This document shows positions 10,110 through 19,716 of a DNA stretch of 64,000 bases, in pieces. The notes below the pieces were generated by a model. The model saw only the letters and a list, made by a program, of their open reading frames with translations, was not told the origin of the DNA and did not search any database. This stretch comes from Candidatus Adlerbacteria bacterium (GTDB lineage: Bacteria; Patescibacteriota; Minisyncoccia; Phycocordibacterales; SBAW01): assembly GCA_903851045.1 (NCBI GenBank), contig CAINNF010000018.1, positions 3,925 through 67,924 of the forward strand, in the 5' to 3' direction. The number at the start of each line of letters is the position of its first letter. The stretch's first letter is position 1. Made by a program: the position numbers and the translations under genes.

Positions 10110-10770
10110 CTTATTTTGTATGTGGCGACTTTTTTCGAAGAAAAAGATACCTTCCTCGCAGCACGGTGAGATAACGATCGAGCGCTTCTTCGGTCGGGTC
10201 GTCGTGCGTGCTGGCGGCGTACAACAGACAGGCAGTAAGGTCGATGAGATCTGGCGCTCTGCCCTACAAAGGCTCGAGAAGGCCTTCGGACAACCGCCGC
10301 GTGTGCTCTTACTCGGCCTAGGAGCAGGCGGCGTCGTCAAAGAGCTGCATACCATCTTCCCCGGTTGTACGGTCACCACGGTCGAGCACGACCCCCATAT
10401 GATCGCGATTACCCGCGAACTGCGGCTTTATGCGCCCTTCCCAGAGCCAGCTATCATCGAGGGCGACGCGGGAGAGGTCATCGCACACCATCCCGACCAC
10501 TTCGATCTTGTTCTCGTCGATCTCTACGACGGTCGCGTTGCTTCGCCGCTGGTGTCCCACGAGACGTTCCTACGCGACATCAAACACCATCTTCGACCGG
10601 GAGGGATCATGCTTATGAACATCTTCTCGTCAGAACCCGAGCGCATGCGCACGGCACAAGAGGTGTTCGGCACCTATGCCCACTGGCCGCACGCCGCCAA
10701 CACCATCGGTGTTTTTTGGGATACACCCACGCCGCACGCGAACACGGTTGTAAAAGACGATATTCTGTAG
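10093..10770 (+). CDS. spermidine synthase-like class I SAM-dependent methyltransferase-fold protein
   Basis: VLLLGLGAGGVVKEL (motif I), VLVDLYDG, GGIMLMN. True start uncertain. Confidence 0.45.
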   Translation: MVHCGDLFCMWRLFSKKKIPSSQHGEITIERFFGRVVVRAGGVQQTGSKVDEIWRSALQRLEKAFGQPPRVLLLGLGAGGVVKELHTIFPGCTVTTVEHDPHMIAITRELRLYAPFPEPAIIEGDAGEVIAHHPDHFDLVLVDLYDGRVASPLVSHETFLRDIKHHLRPGGIMLMNIFSSEPERMRTAQEVFGTYAHWPHAANTIGVFWDTPTPHANTVVKDDIL

Positions 10771-10814
10771 TACTTTTACACACAAGTGGAGCGAAGCGAT
10801 TCGTCACCATATTC

Positions 10815-10887
10815 CCGCCCATAGCTCAGTTGGTAGAGCAACTCCCTCTTAAGGAGATGGTCCCAGGTTCGAGCCCTGGTGGGCGGA
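10815..10887 (+). tRNA. tRNA-Lys (CTT)
   Basis: Acceptor CCGCCCA/TGGGCGG, D-arm GCTC-AGTTGGTA-GAGC, anticodon loop CTCTTAA, T-arm CCAGG-TTCGAGC-CCTGG. Confidence 0.8.
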
Positions 10888-10891
10888 CAAA

Positions 10892-11212
10892 TTGACTTTT
10901 ATTTATTTTTGTGATAACATATTTTTTAAGTTAGTACATTGCACTCAAAAAAAGAAGGAGGTCAAAACAATGGCTGTCTTTGGTGGGACTCATATGGCTT
11001 TTCATCCACGACATGGTACACGTGCTAGCTACTGTATTGTTGCGGCACTAAACAGAGAGGAAGCTCTGAATATTGGTTTGAGAATTGCACATGACCGGTT
11101 TCCTCCTGACGAAGACTGGGTAAACCATGAAGTGGGCATGAATGAGATTTCGCGAGAGAACTTGAACCTCCTGTCTCAAAACGCTAGAACTCAGGAGGAA
11201 ATCGGGAGTTAG
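10892..11212 (+). CDS. hypothetical small protein (likely starts at internal MAVFGG, ~10970)
   Basis: ORF only; lower-GC stretch after tRNA-Lys. Confidence 0.25.
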   Translation: MTFIYFCDNIFFKLVHCTQKKKEVKTMAVFGGTHMAFHPRHGTRASYCIVAALNREEALNIGLRIAHDRFPPDEDWVNHEVGMNEISRENLNLLSQNARTQEEIGS

Positions 11213-11366
11213 CCTCGACCGAACCATCAAGCTGCCTACTCGTGAACATTTACGAGTAGGCGGCTTTTTATTTACTCAAAACCATTCCTATCTCGAACCA
11301 GATCCAGAGGGCCGATAATTTGACAACATAAGTATAATATGTAACAATATAACCAGTGTTGAGGAG

Positions 11367-11591
11367 GTGTTTATGATTACCCAGGACCAGCTCGAGGTCG
11401 CTACCCAAATCGCGAGGGCCGCGATGAAGGGTTCCGTTTACAAACCCTTGACGGAAGAGTGGATGGGTGAGCTCCGCAGTATTGGCTATAAACTTGCCCG
11501 CGTGGCTGGCCTGATATGGGACGAAAGCGCGCTGGAAGACTTTCGTCAGGCGATCGTCGATACTGTCAGGCGCCAGGAGCAAACCGCGTAG
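11367..11591 (+). CDS. hypothetical small protein (74 aa)
   Basis: ORF preceded by GAGGAGG RBS (tgaggaggtgtttATG). Confidence 0.35.
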   Translation: MFMITQDQLEVATQIARAAMKGSVYKPLTEEWMGELRSIGYKLARVAGLIWDESALEDFRQAIVDTVRRQEQTA

Positions 11592-11629
11592 TTCTCGAAG
11601 TAATAGACACACTGAAAGGGAACGTGCAG

Positions 11630-11917
11630 ATGTCCGTCTGTGACAAGTGCGGCCGAGAGGTCCACCCCGTAAACGATGCAACCGTCGTGGAGGCGTACGC
11701 GTTTCCAGGCCACGTGATGATGCTCGCGCTGTCGAAACCTCGGCACTTCCTGCCACTCGTCGAAGATGGGAAGCGGGTGTGCGAGGGTTCGCCCAGTCGC
11801 GCGCAGTACATCGAGGGTCAGCCTCGCGACACGCGCGGCTTCCCCTATAACCCTAAGCTGGAGACGAAGTTTCGCGAAGCTTACGCTCGGGTACTCGCAA
11901 AATATTCAGCACAATAA
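11630..11917 (+). CDS. hypothetical zinc-ribbon protein
   Basis: Start at MSVCDKCGREV; CxxC pair. Confidence 0.3.
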   Translation: MSVCDKCGREVHPVNDATVVEAYAFPGHVMMLALSKPRHFLPLVEDGKRVCEGSPSRAQYIEGQPRDTRGFPYNPKLETKFREAYARVLAKYSAQ

Positions 11918-12085
11918 ACGAAGTACAGTAGAACACGCACCAACCGTCATGGATACAAGCTAGGGATTTAATTCCCACTTGTGCCATGACGGTCTGTTTT
12001 TTGTATGTAATACCGTTTAGATATCGAGCAAAAGGACGGATTGGTTACTTGTGACGATGGGGACGAGAGGGTACAATCCCCTCAT

Positions 12086-12170
12086 GCCCTCGTGGCGGAA
12101 TTGGTATACGCGCGTGCCTTAGGAGCACGTTCCGAAAGGATTAGAGGTTCGAGTCCTCTCGGGGGCACCA
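12086..12170 (+). tRNA. tRNA-Leu (TAG), type II, CCA encoded
   Basis: Acceptor GCCCTCG/CGGGGGC, anticodon loop CTTAGGA, long variable arm, T-arm GAGGTTCGAGTCCTC. The listed ORF 12041.. runs through it. Confidence 0.8.
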
Positions 12171-12301
12171 CGGGAAAAATCGGCGAAGAGCCGATTTTTC
12201 CTTTGTCAAAATTTCCTTATATAGAGCCACCGTACGGCTTGACAACAACCTGTTTACTTGTAGAATGCAGACAAACACAGTTCTTTGAAAGGAACATAAG
12301 C

Positions 12302-13768
12302 ATGGACTGGTTCGTGCTAATAAAGAGTACGCTTATCGCGTGGCTGCCTTCAATGCAATGGTTAAAGCAATGGTTTCCTCTTACCGCTCTGGTGGTGGGG
12401 GTCGTATCGTACGTCTTCTACCGCATCGTCTGGGTGCCTTTCTTCAAACAAACCGGCCTCAGCTTGATCCGTTGGAGTACGCTCTGGCAGGGAGCGGTCG
12501 TTGTCGGTTGGTACTACATGGTCGTACAAGCGATCCTGTTGTTTCCACCACTGCTACTGCTGACTGCGCCCGTCGTGGCCTTCTTCGTAGTCTTGTTCCT
12601 CCTTCCTTTTGTCCCAGGGCTGATACGGAAACTGAGTGTCAGCTTTAACCGCGAAACGGGGGATGTAAAGCCGGGGTTCTTCATGTACCCGGAGCAAGGC
12701 CGTATCATCATCATCGAACGAGGGAAGAACTTCTTCAAAGCGATCATGGCTCACGCCGACCACATGTTCAGAGGCGAGAAGCGTAATGCTCTGACTCCAA
12801 ACCAGCCGGAGTATCACGATATCGTACCAACAAGAGAACTTGATGATCCTGTCGTATATCAGGATACACACCCGATTCCTCCGCCCATCAAAAACACCGA
12901 AGAGGTGCTCGCTCGACCTCTGTGGTTGGTGCGGGCACCCTTGAGTGTGCCTTGGTGGGTATGGAAGCGGCATGTATTCGAACTCACCGGAGCGGTCTTT
13001 AGCGGCGTCAAAGGGTATCAGCAGCCGCGAATCTATCCGATCACCAAGATCGTGAAGACAAAGCAACAGGGTGGCAAACACCTCTTCGATGTTGTCGCCT
13101 CGTTCAGCGATCATTTGCGAGCGTCGGTGTTCGAGATTATCATACTAGTCGGTGATGCGAATACCCGGGACCAGTCTGCGGTGTTCGTAGCGGTCAGTCT
13201 CTTCCTCTACACCATCAACCCGTTTCGCGCAGCGTACAGGACCGAGTGGAAATGGCCCGAAAGGATCGACTCACTCGCTACTGGCGTGATCGGCAACTTC
13301 TGCAGATTTCGACCGATGGATGAAGTGCTTGCCGCGAAGGATGAAAAGGGTGCAGGGGCGCTCGCCGAATATCTACGCACAGAGCTTACTGCCCCATTCG
13401 AAGCGATCGGCATCGGATTCCAAGAAGTGGTGCCTGTGAACGTGCTGGATATCAGTCCTACGACTGAAGAGCTGAAGCGACAACTGGAAGCGCTATCAGC
13501 TGCACGGATCCAAAAACTGGCAGATATGGAACTCGCCATCGGTCGAACCGCGTACGCTGAACGTATGGCAAAATTGGCACAAGACAACCCCGAAGCTCTC
13601 GCCTTCGCCGAGATCGACAGTCGAGTAAGTATGTCTGCAAACATGGCGGCCAACCCGAATGCGGTGGTCATCCTGAGTCCTGGCGGAGCCCCACCGGTCG
13701 ATCCTATCGCAGCCGCAACGCTGCGTGGCGTCAATAATCTTGGCACACAACAAAAAGGAAAGAACTGA
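12302..13768 (+). CDS. SPFH/band-7 (flotillin-like) domain membrane protein
   Basis: Start reset to MDWFVLIK downstream of the tRNA; N-terminal TM helices; C-terminal coiled-coil/PHB-like region (KLAQDNPEALAFAEI...). Confidence 0.45.
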   Translation: MDWFVLIKSTLIAWLPSMQWLKQWFPLTALVVGVVSYVFYRIVWVPFFKQTGLSLIRWSTLWQGAVVVGWYYMVVQAILLFPPLLLLTAPVVAFFVVLFLLPFVPGLIRKLSVSFNRETGDVKPGFFMYPEQGRIIIIERGKNFFKAIMAHADHMFRGEKRNALTPNQPEYHDIVPTRELDDPVVYQDTHPIPPPIKNTEEVLARPLWLVRAPLSVPWWVWKRHVFELTGAVFSGVKGYQQPRIYPITKIVKTKQQGGKHLFDVVASFSDHLRASVFEIIILVGDANTRDQSAVFVAVSLFLYTINPFRAAYRTEWKWPERIDSLATGVIGNFCRFRPMDEVLAAKDEKGAGALAEYLRTELTAPFEAIGIGFQEVVPVNVLDISPTTEELKRQLEALSAARIQKLADMELAIGRTAYAERMAKLAQDNPEALAFAEIDSRVSMSANMAANPNAVVILSPGGAPPVDPIAAATLRGVNNLGTQQKGKN

Positions 13769-14643
13769 TGAATGCGTGGCTTGCAGTAGCAGTCGTCTGC
13801 ACCATAGTAATGTTTTTCTTCGTTCTGTGGCTTGCATCCGACTCTTCAGCCACACCTACGCAACAGAACCCGGCCCCACAGCCGGGAAGGGGGCAACAAT
13901 TCCTCGCACAGATAATCCCTTCGTGGAAATTCGTGAAGGGCGCTCTCATTGCTGTCGCCGGTGTCGTCTTGCTGCTCGTCCTGTTCTTGTTCGGTACGGT
14001 CGTCCTGACCACGGCGTCTGACGCTTTTGATTGGGACATCTGGCACAAGCTCTGGATGCGTCGACTTGGCTCTATACCGTGGTGGTGGCACGTTCTTGCG
14101 GCTGCTTCACTGGTAGTGAGCTTGTGTGCTTGGGTCTGGGGCCAGTGGTGGCTGCGCTCGAAGACGAAACGCTTCTGTCGCTGGGCTATCACCCTGGTGC
14201 TGCCGGCATATGCCATCATCTGTGTGGTGTATGCATCAGGCGGTAATCTGGACGCGGTCGGCACGTTCGCATGGCGACTGTGGCACCTGGACCCGTACGA
14301 TGTTCGTGAGTGGTTCTCAATGCTTCAGATGCCTTCGTTCCCAACGGACATCCCGATCATGGGTTGGGCTTCGATCGTCGCCACGACGGTCGGACTCATC
14401 TCGTGGTTCGGGTCGCAGAAAAAGCGTCGATGGTTGGCTCCCGTGGCGGCTCTCCTAGCGGGTGTCGCCACCCTCTTCCTGCTGAGCATCGACCCTTCAG
14501 ACTTCACGCAGGCGAGCTTCAGGCACATCACCAATGACCTGCTCAATTGGCTGCACACATTCCCTGTTTGGGGGCAGATCTGCGGCCTTGCGGTTGCAAC
14601 CATCGGTCTCGTGTTGACCCTGAAGACACTTGGGAGCAAATGA
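13768..14643 (+). CDS. polytopic membrane protein, Trp-rich, unknown function
   Basis: Multiple hydrophobic segments; stop overlaps next start (ATGATG). Confidence 0.5.
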   Translation: MNAWLAVAVVCTIVMFFFVLWLASDSSATPTQQNPAPQPGRGQQFLAQIIPSWKFVKGALIAVAGVVLLLVLFLFGTVVLTTASDAFDWDIWHKLWMRRLGSIPWWWHVLAAASLVVSLCAWVWGQWWLRSKTKRFCRWAITLVLPAYAIICVVYASGGNLDAVGTFAWRLWHLDPYDVREWFSMLQMPSFPTDIPIMGWASIVATTVGLISWFGSQKKRRWLAPVAALLAGVATLFLLSIDPSDFTQASFRHITNDLLNWLHTFPVWGQICGLAVATIGLVLTLKTLGSK

Positions 14644-15254
14644 TGGGGAAGAAAAGCCTACTCGTTGGTTTGGCTCTACTGTGTGGCATAGCGGCTGCGG
14701 CATGGGGATATTCACTCTTTACCATACCGCAATCCACGCTGAACCTCAGCCCATATCAGGTCTTCGTTGGTGCGGTCGTGGTGCCGATCGTGGCGGTCTG
14801 GAACTTTCTGGCGGCAGCACCGTTCGCTGCAGAGATGCTCGTGCTACTGCTGGCCTTGATCAGCGTCAGTCTGTGGCGGCGAAAGGAGTGGGAGGGGTGG
14901 TTTGTGTTGGCCGTCGGCGTGGCGTTCGTCATGTTGTGGGCTCACCACAACCCCACGACCGTCGCGACGCTCACCTCGTACTGGGAGTTGGGGCCGGCAC
15001 GTCCACAGCCGTCCAACTTCTACTGCGCCAGTACACAGTCGGTGGTGGCCACCCCCACTACGTGGACTTACGTTGACAACGGATCCTGCCGCTTGGATAT
15101 CACCGGCTTTAGTGGTTATCTCTCGTTCATGACTCGTGATGGGAGTATCTACAGACACATCAGCGAAGCGGGTCTCAACGGGGTGAACCAGGTCATGTGG
15201 ATCAAAAGTGATGACGGATACACACACCGGGTTTCCATTCAAAAGTTTCCCTAA
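14640..15254 (+). CDS. membrane protein with extracytoplasmic C-terminal domain
   Basis: In-frame ATG at 14640 overlapping the upstream stop (MMGKKSLLVGLALL...). Confidence 0.5.
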   Translation: MMGKKSLLVGLALLCGIAAAAWGYSLFTIPQSTLNLSPYQVFVGAVVVPIVAVWNFLAAAPFAAEMLVLLLALISVSLWRRKEWEGWFVLAVGVAFVMLWAHHNPTTVATLTSYWELGPARPQPSNFYCASTQSVVATPTTWTYVDNGSCRLDITGFSGYLSFMTRDGSIYRHISEAGLNGVNQVMWIKSDDGYTHRVSIQKFP

Positions 15255-15326
15255 GACAGCGGTCTTGTGGGAAGAACAAAAACGGCGAGCCCCACTCAGG
15301 GCTCGCCGTTCTCTTTTTGCATCTTC

Positions 15327-15686
15327 TTAATGGAAAAACGCCACGACCGTTCCCGCTATCATATTCATGATCGCAGTCGACGCGGTGACGATGAACAGTC
15401 CCGCGAGTCCATATAGCATATGTTTCTGCCCCTCTGGGGACGGCTTGCCGTCTCTCAATTGCCATAGGTATTCAACGATGCCTAAGACGAACACCAATAC
15501 CGAGGCGCCAAGCAGAACATCGACGACCGGATACAATAGCTGCTTCTCAAGATTTTGTATGATGGGGCACACGTCTGAGCCAGCAGTACATTGCAAGTTT
15601 GCGAACTGAGCGAAGGCGATCGAGGGTGCGAACAGCAAGCCGAGCGATCCGCCGACCACGAACCTATATCGATCGATATATCTCAT
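15327..15686 (-). CDS. TrbC/VirB2-like 'T4SS pilin'-family small membrane protein, paralog 1
   Basis: Signal peptide plus two TM helices; shares architecture with the three upstream paralogs. Confidence 0.5.
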   Translation of the reverse strand: MRYIDRYRFVVGGSLGLLFAPSIAFAQFANLQCTAGSDVCPIIQNLEKQLLYPVVDVLLGASVLVFVLGIVEYLWQLRDGKPSPEGQKHMLYGLAGLFIVTASTAIMNMIAGTVVAFFH

Positions 15687-15726
15687 ACCATGTGCGTCCT
15701 TTATATCGAGCGGATAAACGAGCTCC

Positions 15727-16065
15727 TTAGTTCGTTGGGAAGTGCGGCGCGGGTACGTTTTGTGTCCCGGTCACACCGAGAGCGTTCTGCGCAAGTGCGA
15801 TGATGCCCCAGATCGACACCATGATGAAAAGTGCGACGATACCGTTGATCATGATCTTTCTGCCGGCTTCCTTCTCAGGCTGTCGAATGTAGGTGATGAG
15901 TCCCCAGAAGAACGCGAGCATCGCGATGCCGATACAGATAGGTATGAGGAGTGCCACCAGGTTACCGATCGAGACGATAAGGGTTTGGATCGGGCCAAGC
16001 GTTTGAGCCGACGCAAAGAACGGGAGTGCCAAAAACGACGAGGTGATGAGCGCGAATTTTTTCAT
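15727..16065 (-). CDS. TrbC/VirB2-like 'T4SS pilin'-family small membrane protein, paralog 2
   Basis: MKKFALITSSFLALPFFASAQ signal, then a two-helix pilin-like core. Confidence 0.55.
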   Translation of the reverse strand: MKKFALITSSFLALPFFASAQTLGPIQTLIVSIGNLVALLIPICIGIAMLAFFWGLITYIRQPEKEAGRKIMINGIVALFIMVSIWGIIALAQNALGVTGTQNVPAPHFPTN

Positions 16066-16184
16066 ACGAAAGAAGTGGCTAAGATAATTTTTAATGGTAT
16101 ACGACCAGTGTAGCAGTCGTGCCCATCCTCACAATAGCCCTGTGTGGATAGCCTGGTCGACATGCACAAAAGCCTTACCCAACA

Positions 16185-16445
16185 TTAACTGCCGAACACG
16201 CCGATACGCATAACCGCGAGGATGCCGCTCAGCGAAAAAATGATGAAAAGTCCGATCAGCCCCCACTTGATCAGCTCCTTCCCGTCCTGTTGTCCCTTCG
16301 AGCCAGCGCTGCGGCTTATATAAAGCACCATACCGAACATGAAAACGGTAATGGCCGTGCCCGAAAGAAGCCACACAAGCAGTTGCATCACCATCAGGAC
16401 GGAATGGACGACGGTCACAAAGGTGGCGCTGGTGTTTCCTGTCAT
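16185..16445 (-). CDS. TrbC/VirB2-like pilin-family protein, paralog 3 (short)
   Basis: Two TM helices flanking a GSKGQQDGKEL loop, as in the paralogs. Confidence 0.45.
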   Translation of the reverse strand: MTGNTSATFVTVVHSVLMVMQLLVWLLSGTAITVFMFGMVLYISRSAGSKGQQDGKELIKWGLIGLFIIFSLSGILAVMRIGVFGS

Positions 16446-16450
16446 ATCGG

Positions 16451-16843
16451 CTAACTACAGGAGGACGCGCTCCCGGCGTTCTGTGGAGAGATATTCTTAA
16501 TCGTGTTCGCTATCACCTGTCCCAAGAACCACGCGGCCATAAAAATAAGGATACCGAGTAGCACGTTCACAAGATTCTCTTTAGCCCTCGCTATGTCTCC
16601 CGGATTGCCGCGTGCGGAAATGAACTTAAAGCCAGCCCATACGAGAAACCCTGCCGCTATAGGGCCACCAACCGACAGCACAAAGCCAAGGATTAGTTTC
16701 ATGAGGCCACAGATCGAGTTTGCCGCAAGCGGATTCGCTATCGTGAACCCGGTCCCAGGGTCGTTAGCGGTCGTGACCCCAAGAGCGATCATGGGAGTAC
16801 ACAGCAGAGCGAACAAGAAAAGATGTCGTGCGAAGGCCTTCAT
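16451..16843 (-). CDS. TrbC/VirB2-like 'T4SS pilin'-family small membrane protein, paralog 4
   Basis: ARGNPGDIARAKENLVNVLLGILIFMAAWFLGQVIANTI aligns with ARGNSEGIARARENLWKVVIGVVLFMSSWLLGVTIVNTI of 60185..60493. Confidence 0.65.
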   Translation of the reverse strand: MKAFARHLFLFALLCTPMIALGVTTANDPGTGFTIANPLAANSICGLMKLILGFVLSVGGPIAAGFLVWAGFKFISARGNPGDIARAKENLVNVLLGILIFMAAWFLGQVIANTIKNISPQNAGSASSCS

Positions 16844-18171
16844 GATGATGCGTGAAGCGAGTTGGTGTGGAGGAGTGTTTGCAGGACCTGGTATGCGTCG
16901 AATATCGCCTGTGCCGGACTCTCCGAACTACTCATCACCGATTCTATCATATTCTCGAAGACGGTGTTCGTCTTCGACGCGTCCGGATCGAGCCACCCAC
17001 GTGAGATAAGTGCCGAGGACGCGAAAACGCTTTTAGCGGCGTCCTTCGACGTATCCATCTGCACATCACGCCGCACGGGGGGTAGTCCCGTACCCGCGAC
17101 AATCGTAGCTATCCCCGTTTGACTCGAGAGCTTTTCGGCAGCAAGGAGCGCACCTGTCGGGTTCGTGCTCGTCCGAGGTATGGCGAGTCCGGTCAACTCT
17201 CCAAATGTCATCTTGACCCCAGTACCCTGGACCTGTGGTACCTGGGCGACACCGAAACGAAGGTTCGGATTGCGAGCTTGTATGGTCGCATAGTCGCTTG
17301 CCAGACCAAAATAGATCGCCAAAGTCCCAGCGACGAACGCATCTTGCGACAATGGGAGCGAGCGGTTCCAGGAGTAGGTCGTCTTCGCCGGGTTCGCGAA
17401 CTCGGTATAGAACTGCAGTGCCGACGAGGCCGGATTTTCGGTCGTGTTCGGGTCCGAACTTACTATCGTGCCCAGTACCGGTGTCGGCGTGCCCGCACCG
17501 TTTCGCACGACGATAGGGTCGCCAGCTTGCATGAACAGCGTCGACAGTATCTCTTTCGCATGAAGTACGTTGGTCCAGCTTCCCATCGCTACGGCGGCTC
17601 GCGTGATGTTCGAACTACCATCAAGCTGCGTGAGCTTCGGCGCACTTTCGAGGAAATCGTTCCAGTATTGCGGCGGGTTCGCGTATCCTGCGCTTGAAAG
17701 AAGGTCACGATTATAGTACATCACCAACGGGTCGATCGTGAACGGGAGTGCAAATGCCCCGTCGGTAGTAAGGAATAGCTGCGCTTCATCTATATAGGAG
17801 TCGGTGAACACCTGCTGCGAGATCGCACTATAGGGAATGACCCCGATCTTGTCGGAGAAAGCGGTGATCTGGTCCTGAGAGATCACGAACAGGTCAGGCC
17901 CGTTACCGCTCGCCATGGCATCGATGATATCCGCTATGTAGGTCGAAGCGTCCTTCTGGACGTAGGATACTCCTTGCAAGGAACCATCCTTCTCGCGAAG
18001 AGACGTGAGCGCCGGTTCGACGACACTTGCGTCCATGGTACCCCAGACGGTGACCTTACCGATCTGCGCACTGCTTTTGACCCCGCCGTAGGTAGCGAAC
18101 GCGCCGATACCGACGAGTATCAAAGCGGCGAATATGCCGAGCGAAGCAATCTGAAATATGGACATTTTCAT
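16840..18171 (-). CDS. extracellular solute-binding protein (ABC transporter SBP family 1-like)
   Basis: Listed ORF begins at a GTG (18243); preferred start is ATG 18171 (MKMSIFQIASLGIF... signal anchor). Long periplasmic-binding-like body. Confidence 0.5.
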   Translation of the reverse strand: MKMSIFQIASLGIFAALILVGIGAFATYGGVKSSAQIGKVTVWGTMDASVVEPALTSLREKDGSLQGVSYVQKDASTYIADIIDAMASGNGPDLFVISQDQITAFSDKIGVIPYSAISQQVFTDSYIDEAQLFLTTDGAFALPFTIDPLVMYYNRDLLSSAGYANPPQYWNDFLESAPKLTQLDGSSNITRAAVAMGSWTNVLHAKEILSTLFMQAGDPIVVRNGAGTPTPVLGTIVSSDPNTTENPASSALQFYTEFANPAKTTYSWNRSLPLSQDAFVAGTLAIYFGLASDYATIQARNPNLRFGVAQVPQVQGTGVKMTFGELTGLAIPRTSTNPTGALLAAEKLSSQTGIATIVAGTGLPPVRRDVQMDTSKDAAKSVFASSALISRGWLDPDASKTNTVFENMIESVMSSSESPAQAIFDAYQVLQTLLHTNSLHASS

Positions 18172-18187
18172 AGTATTTCCATGATAC

Positions 18188-18745
18188 TTAATGCATCGTT
18201 GGTCGAACCTTCTTGCGAACGACGAACCCCCAATGATATTCACCTGCGGGAATATCCTGTACGTATTCGAGCGCTACTTTTTCGAACAGGTCTCGTGCGG
18301 TACCGACCGTGAGCACGTGGTCGGGGTGTGGCCCAAGCCCCCCGAACGAATCGCGCCAGTCGATGACCACCCCGCGCCCGCCCGGACGCAGTATTCGTTC
18401 GACCTCATGTGCCGCCGCAACCCGGTCCTCCAGTGCGAACAAAAGGTTCGAGACGATGGCCACATCGAACGTATCGTCGGAGAGATGACTCCCCTTCTTC
18501 GCCTCGACATCTCCGCGCACGATCTCCACGTTGTGGAGACCTTCGGCACGCGACAGGTTGTGGATCCTGGTCAGAAGGTCCGGATTCACGTCGACGGCCC
18601 ACACCACCCCAGTGGGACCGACCATACGCGCAGCCGTGCGCGTAAAAAAGCCCGAACCCGCGCCAAGGTCGGCGACATGCATCCCCTCATGCAGTCCGAC
18701 CGCATCAAGCGCTTTCGCTGGCTGTAAGAACGAACTTTCTTCCAT
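18188..18745 (-). CDS. class I SAM-dependent methyltransferase
   Basis: VADLGAGSGFF motif I; VVWAVDVNPDLL. Confidence 0.7.
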   Translation of the reverse strand: MEESSFLQPAKALDAVGLHEGMHVADLGAGSGFFTRTAARMVGPTGVVWAVDVNPDLLTRIHNLSRAEGLHNVEIVRGDVEAKKGSHLSDDTFDVAIVSNLLFALEDRVAAAHEVERILRPGGRGVVIDWRDSFGGLGPHPDHVLTVGTARDLFEKVALEYVQDIPAGEYHWGFVVRKKVRPTMH

Positions 18746-18825
18746 TGTTCCTATTGTACATCTAAAAATATCGTACGCATCAAGTGATGATGTGTACGAG
18801 ACGACGCAACCGACACCCTCTGTGC

Positions 18826-19563
18826 TTACAGCTTTGCGTAGAGTGTCGTAAATATCGTCTTTTGAAAATCGGCCAATGCCTTGTTCTCGATTACAAGCGT
18901 CGTTTCACTGTTCAAATCGATGAACGCAACCTTTGTACCATATATCAGCTCGATAATGTTCTGCTCGAACCGCTCTTGGCCCTGACCCAGGTATTTTATG
19001 AACCGCTCAAGGCGCGGCTTTTTTTCCGTACCCGACACGGGGTTGCTGATGACCATCCGTTCGAGCTTCTTTCCGTCACGCTTCTTCCGATAGTCTCGGG
19101 GCAGATAGCTATTCACTTTCGCCAGATCGGTCTCTGATGTGTAGCGATAGAACACATCACCCTTCTCGAGCGAATCGACGATATCCGAGAACACCTGCGA
19201 GATCCCGTTCTTGCCCTCCAGCATACGTACGACGGGCGTATTGCCCCTGGGACCATACAAGGCCTCGAGGTCCGACAGCGATTCGTTCAGATCAACCTCA
19301 AGATCGGTGACCAATGCGCGCAAGCGGTCGGGCTTCTGTGCCATATACAATGTTCGAGCACCTTTCGGTGAGGTACTGACGAGTCCTTTTTGCATAAGCG
19401 AAGCGAGTGCTGCATAGACCGCGGGGCGGTGCTTGTCCGCACGCCGCGCGATATCGGTAGCCGAGGAGGCACCGTGGCTTAGCAAATAAAGGTAGACCGT
19501 TATGTCCCCCTGCGAAAGCCCAAGCCGCCGCAGGAGTGACTGTATTTTTGTGTTTTGTATCAT
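18826..19563 (-). CDS. TrmB-family HTH transcriptional regulator
   Basis: Start at MIQNTKIQSLLRRLGLSQGDITVYLYLLSHGASSATDIARR (wHTH). Confidence 0.6.
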   Translation of the reverse strand: MIQNTKIQSLLRRLGLSQGDITVYLYLLSHGASSATDIARRADKHRPAVYAALASLMQKGLVSTSPKGARTLYMAQKPDRLRALVTDLEVDLNESLSDLEALYGPRGNTPVVRMLEGKNGISQVFSDIVDSLEKGDVFYRYTSETDLAKVNSYLPRDYRKKRDGKKLERMVISNPVSGTEKKPRLERFIKYLGQGQERFEQNIIELIYGTKVAFIDLNSETTLVIENKALADFQKTIFTTLYAKL

Positions 19564-19716
19564 AAATAGTACAATGTATATATAAAAAATATCCTTATAA
19601 ATAAACACTTATTGGCTTATAAAAAGCGATTATAGTACATATTGTATCAAATTGCAATACAAATGCGCGCACCTGCACTATGCTAGCGAAGGATGTTCTT
19701 ACATAGGAGTGAGTCG

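Noticed and set aside
10365-10895. ORF 10365..10895 (+) and overlapping small ORFs
   Set aside because: Alternative frame inside the methyltransferase-like gene and reads through tRNA-Lys; Arg-rich GC-frame artefact.
12041-12301. 5' extension of ORF 12041..13768
   Set aside because: It overlaps tRNA-Leu(TAG) at 12086-12170. Start reset to 12302 (MDWFVLIK).
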